Origin: Promethearchaeia archaeon
GTDB lineage: Archaea > Asgardarchaeota > Lokiarchaeia > Sigyniarchaeales > SOKP01
Direction: 5' to 3'
Assembly: GCA_029856445.1 (NCBI GenBank)
Contig: JAHQWY010000002.1
Span: forward strand, 1 to 37,499
Length of the DNA stretch: 37,499 bases
Positions 35,061 to 37,499 of the stretch are shown in pieces. A program made the translations under genes and the position numbers. How positions within the stretch are numbered: position 1 is the stretch's first letter; each line of letters begins with the position of its first letter. The notes under the pieces were generated by a model that was given only the letters and a program-made list of their open reading frames with translations, did no database searches and had not been told where the DNA came from.

Positions 35061-36872
35061 TTGGAATGGAAAACCGTGAAAACAGAAAATACTGAAGTAA
35101 AAAAAATCATTGTAAAGAAGCTAGTAAATTCGGGAATAAATATCACTCCTTCTCTTCTAGAATATATCTTAACCCTAGATAATCCTCTTAATAAAATTAA
35201 TCTAATAATTAAAGATTCGAGTTTTATAGCTAATTTCAAGAGTCATTTAACTGAAAATATATTAAATAAAATATCTAATGAAGAAATAAAGAAAGTAGTG
35301 AAGAGGAAACTCGTTAAAAAAGAATTTAATTCAACTAAAGAAGATTCAAGTATAATAGAACATTTTGAGGAGCCCCCAAAGTATTTAGCAGAACATATTT
35401 CGCATAAAACAAGTGATTTAAATTCTTTTAAAGATACCAAAATTATTACTGAAAAAATGAATGACTATAATCCCGAACAGGAATCCTCTCCAATATTAGA
35501 ATATAGCAAAAACGATTTAAATCCTCAAGCTATTAAAACAACAAAAAAAAAAATTATCGAAGGGACTAAATCTACAATTGCATTTAATCCCACGGCAAAG
35601 CAATACAATTCTCAATTTGAAATTTTAAAGGATCCTACTGGAAAATTGTATACCAGCGGAGAATATAAGGATTTTTATGATTTAACATTTGATAAATTTA
35701 ACAAACTTCGAACACTAATGAGGAAAAGAACAGAAGTTCACAATGCTGATAACATCAATAATATTTTAAGATTATCCAATAAAATAGAAGTATCTATTAT
35801 TGGTCTTGTAAATCAAATTAAAATAACTAAAAATGGATTTTACTTACTAACATTAGAAGATCTTACGGGTTTAATAAACGTAGTTATTAGAAAAGACACT
35901 GAAAATCAAGATAACGTAAAAATCGCTGAAAGAACTCTTAATGATCAAATGGTTTATATAGAAGGTACTTATAATCCAGGTGAGAATGGTAAATCAGGTA
36001 TAATTTTTGGGAACTATATTTCTCAAATTGATATTCCAAAAGATTATGAACCAAACAAGTCTCAAGATCCATTATCTATTGCTTTAATTTCTGATACTCA
36101 TATTGGTAGTAAAGAGTTTGAAGAAAAGCTCTGGGAGAGATTTATAGGTTTTTTAAATGGAAAAATTGGAAATAAGGCGCAGAGGGAAAGAGCTGGTAGA
36201 ATAAAATATATCATAATTAATGGGGATTTAGTTGATGGGATAGGAGTGTATCCAACACAAGAAAGTGATCTTCTAATCTCTAATATTTATAATCAATTTA
36301 ATAAAGCAGCAGAGCTCATCTCAGGTATACCAGATTATATTAAAATCTTCTACAGCTCAGGAAATCACGAACCTGTAAGAAATGCTATTCCAAGACCCGC
36401 TGTACCCAAAAAATATTCTCAAGAACTTATTAATTTAGGGGTAACTTGCATTGGAAATCCTTCTTTTGTAAAAACTCATAATGTTTCTACACTAATTTTC
36501 CACGGCGATAGTATTCTTGATATGAATATGTTAATTCCAGGAATGGAAAATACTAAATCTGTTGAAACCATGAAAGAATTTTTAAAATGTAGGCATTTAG
36601 CCCCAGTCTATGGGAAAAAAACTCAGTTAGCACCTATTAGTAAGGATTGGCTAGTAATTGACAAAATTCCCGATATTTTTCACACAGGACATATTCACAT
36701 TAATGATATGGGTACTTATAACAATATCATTTTGGCAAATTCGGGATGTTTTCAAAGCCAAACGGATTTTATGAATTCTCTAGGAATCCATCCTACACCT
36801 GGAATTTTATCAATAATTGATTTAGATTCTTTAAAAGGAACACAATTAGACTTAAAAATCAGTCTTAAATAA
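35061..36872 (+). CDS. polB: DNA polymerase II (PolD) small subunit DP1 (calcineurin-like phosphoesterase / 3'-5' exonuclease)
   Basis: OB-fold segment (VSIIGLVNQIKITKNGFYLLTLEDLTG) and phosphoesterase motifs ISDTHIGS, INGDLVDG, GNHEP and TGHIH. The start is uncertain: TTG at 35061 is the first in-frame start, with GTG at 35076. Confidence 0.88.
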   Translation: MEWKTVKTENTEVKKIIVKKLVNSGINITPSLLEYILTLDNPLNKINLIIKDSSFIANFKSHLTENILNKISNEEIKKVVKRKLVKKEFNSTKEDSSIIEHFEEPPKYLAEHISHKTSDLNSFKDTKIITEKMNDYNPEQESSPILEYSKNDLNPQAIKTTKKKIIEGTKSTIAFNPTAKQYNSQFEILKDPTGKLYTSGEYKDFYDLTFDKFNKLRTLMRKRTEVHNADNINNILRLSNKIEVSIIGLVNQIKITKNGFYLLTLEDLTGLINVVIRKDTENQDNVKIAERTLNDQMVYIEGTYNPGENGKSGIIFGNYISQIDIPKDYEPNKSQDPLSIALISDTHIGSKEFEEKLWERFIGFLNGKIGNKAQRERAGRIKYIIINGDLVDGIGVYPTQESDLLISNIYNQFNKAAELISGIPDYIKIFYSSGNHEPVRNAIPRPAVPKKYSQELINLGVTCIGNPSFVKTHNVSTLIFHGDSILDMNMLIPGMENTKSVETMKEFLKCRHLAPVYGKKTQLAPISKDWLVIDKIPDIFHTGHIHINDMGTYNNIILANSGCFQSQTDFMNSLGIHPTPGILSIIDLDSLKGTQLDLKISLK

Positions 36873-36906
36873 TTCACTTAATAAAAGAAAAAAAAAGTAA
36901 TAATCT

Positions 36907-37499
36907 ATGGATTTAGCAATTCCTCGTGAAAGTAACACAGAATTTTTATTATATCTTTGGAAAATAATTGATTTACCCGATATTACACGGAATAACCTTT
37001 TATATAAAATTTCATATGATTTGGCTGTAATTCCTCCAGATAAAGCAAATATATTTATAAAAGATTGCCTCAACAAAAATCTACTAACCATAGATAATGA
37101 TGAGAAAATAAGATTGTCAACTCCTCTTAATGAAAAATTAGAAGCATGGCAAAAAGAAAGGAAAAAGCAGATTTTAAAAAAGAAAAATACTGTTAAAAAG
37201 ACCGCCCAAATAATTAATATTTTTGAAAAAGCTGAAACAACAAGTTTTAGTATTTTATTAAAATCTTTTGTAGAGACGGGTACAATAAACAGAGCAGCAA
37301 ACATAGCTAGCACAGCTTTCAATATTAAAGAACTAGATATTACAAATGGCATTATGAAATCGACAGTTTCAGGTTCTAAGGAAGAGCCTTATTATATTGA
37401 AATTGATATAAACAAAAAATTATTAAAACACAATTGCCATGATTTTGAAACAAGAAGGAGTAAAAACAAACACTTTTGCAAGCATTTAGTCAGATTCCT
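36907..37499 (+). CDS. Hypothetical protein with a SWIM-like zinc-finger motif (partial, continues past the right edge)
   Basis: Not in the ORF track. My translation from the ATG at 36907 (MDLAIPRESNTEFLLYLWKIIDLPD...) is open to the window end (197 codons). The end reads HNCHDFETRRSKNKHFCKHL, resembling the SWIM pattern CxCPxF...CKH. It starts 34 nt after DP1 on the same strand. The antisense track ORF at 36852-37352 is low-complexity Phe/Leu, the mirror of Lys/Glu codons. Confidence 0.65.
   Translation, partial: MDLAIPRESNTEFLLYLWKIIDLPDITRNNLLYKISYDLAVIPPDKANIFIKDCLNKNLLTIDNDEKIRLSTPLNEKLEAWQKERKKQILKKKNTVKKTAQIINIFEKAETTSFSILLKSFVETGTINRAANIASTAFNIKELDITNGIMKSTVSGSKEEPYYIEIDINKKLLKHNCHDFETRRSKNKHFCKHLVRF

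Noticed and set aside
35061-35074. ttggaatggaaaac resembles half of an archaeal mini-ORB (origin recognition box) in the DP2/DP1 spacer
   Set aside because: It is a single copy with partial similarity only, it overlaps the probable DP1 start codon, and there is no orc1/cdc6 gene or repeated ORB elements nearby.
36852-37352. 166-aa minus-strand ORF from the track
   Set aside because: It is low-complexity Phe/Leu/Ser-rich sequence, the mirror image of Lys/Glu/Asn codons. The plus strand carries a continuous, more protein-like ORF from 36907 to the window edge with a SWIM-like motif.
1-37499. Scan for CRISPR arrays, rRNA, integrase/transposase genes and known defence-system genes
   Set aside because: I found no regularly spaced repeats, no long GC-rich structured-RNA segments other than the three tRNAs, and no ORF with integrase, transposase, nuclease-helicase or Cas-like motifs.

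Overview
This is an AT-rich (roughly 30-35% GC by eye), densely coding archaeal chromosomal segment. I count about 37 protein genes and three tRNA genes, and all three tRNAs carry an intron. Most of the window is core housekeeping. It holds rpoH and an unsplit rpoB, both subunits of the D-family DNA polymerase (DP2 and DP1, divergently arranged), TFE, MBF1, Cbf5, the proteasome-activating nucleotidase PAN, NAC and a class III (anaerobic) ribonucleotide reductase. It also holds metabolic genes: ilvE-type aminotransferase, an MfnA-like decarboxylase, ThiL, an enoyl-CoA hydratase, a molybdopterin oxidoreductase, and a radical SAM/ferredoxin/saccharopine-dehydrogenase-like trio.

The most interesting content is two Ras-superfamily small GTPases. 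The first (5031-6701) carries near-canonical Rab-family signature motifs, then a long disordered tail that ends in a zinc ribbon. The second (29817-30830) is a Roadblock/LC7-GTPase fusion. Together with the rest of the gene set, these suggest an Asgard (Loki-like) archaeon. That is an inference only, because no database search was possible.

Other points worth a second look:
- tRNA introns at non-canonical positions.
- A degenerate tRNA 3'-half copy and collinear direct repeats bracketing the enoyl-CoA hydratase gene.
- A repeated palindromic 13-mer in the 427-bp nrdD/cupin intergenic region.
- An rpoH-rpoB cluster that is not followed by rpoA.
- Frequent TTG start codons on core genes.
- A G8-A-G6 run inside a P-loop.
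- A SWIM-like zinc-finger gene just downstream of DP1.

I saw no CRISPR array, rRNA, transposase or integrase, and no recognisable defence system. All functional calls rest on motifs I could read in the translations.
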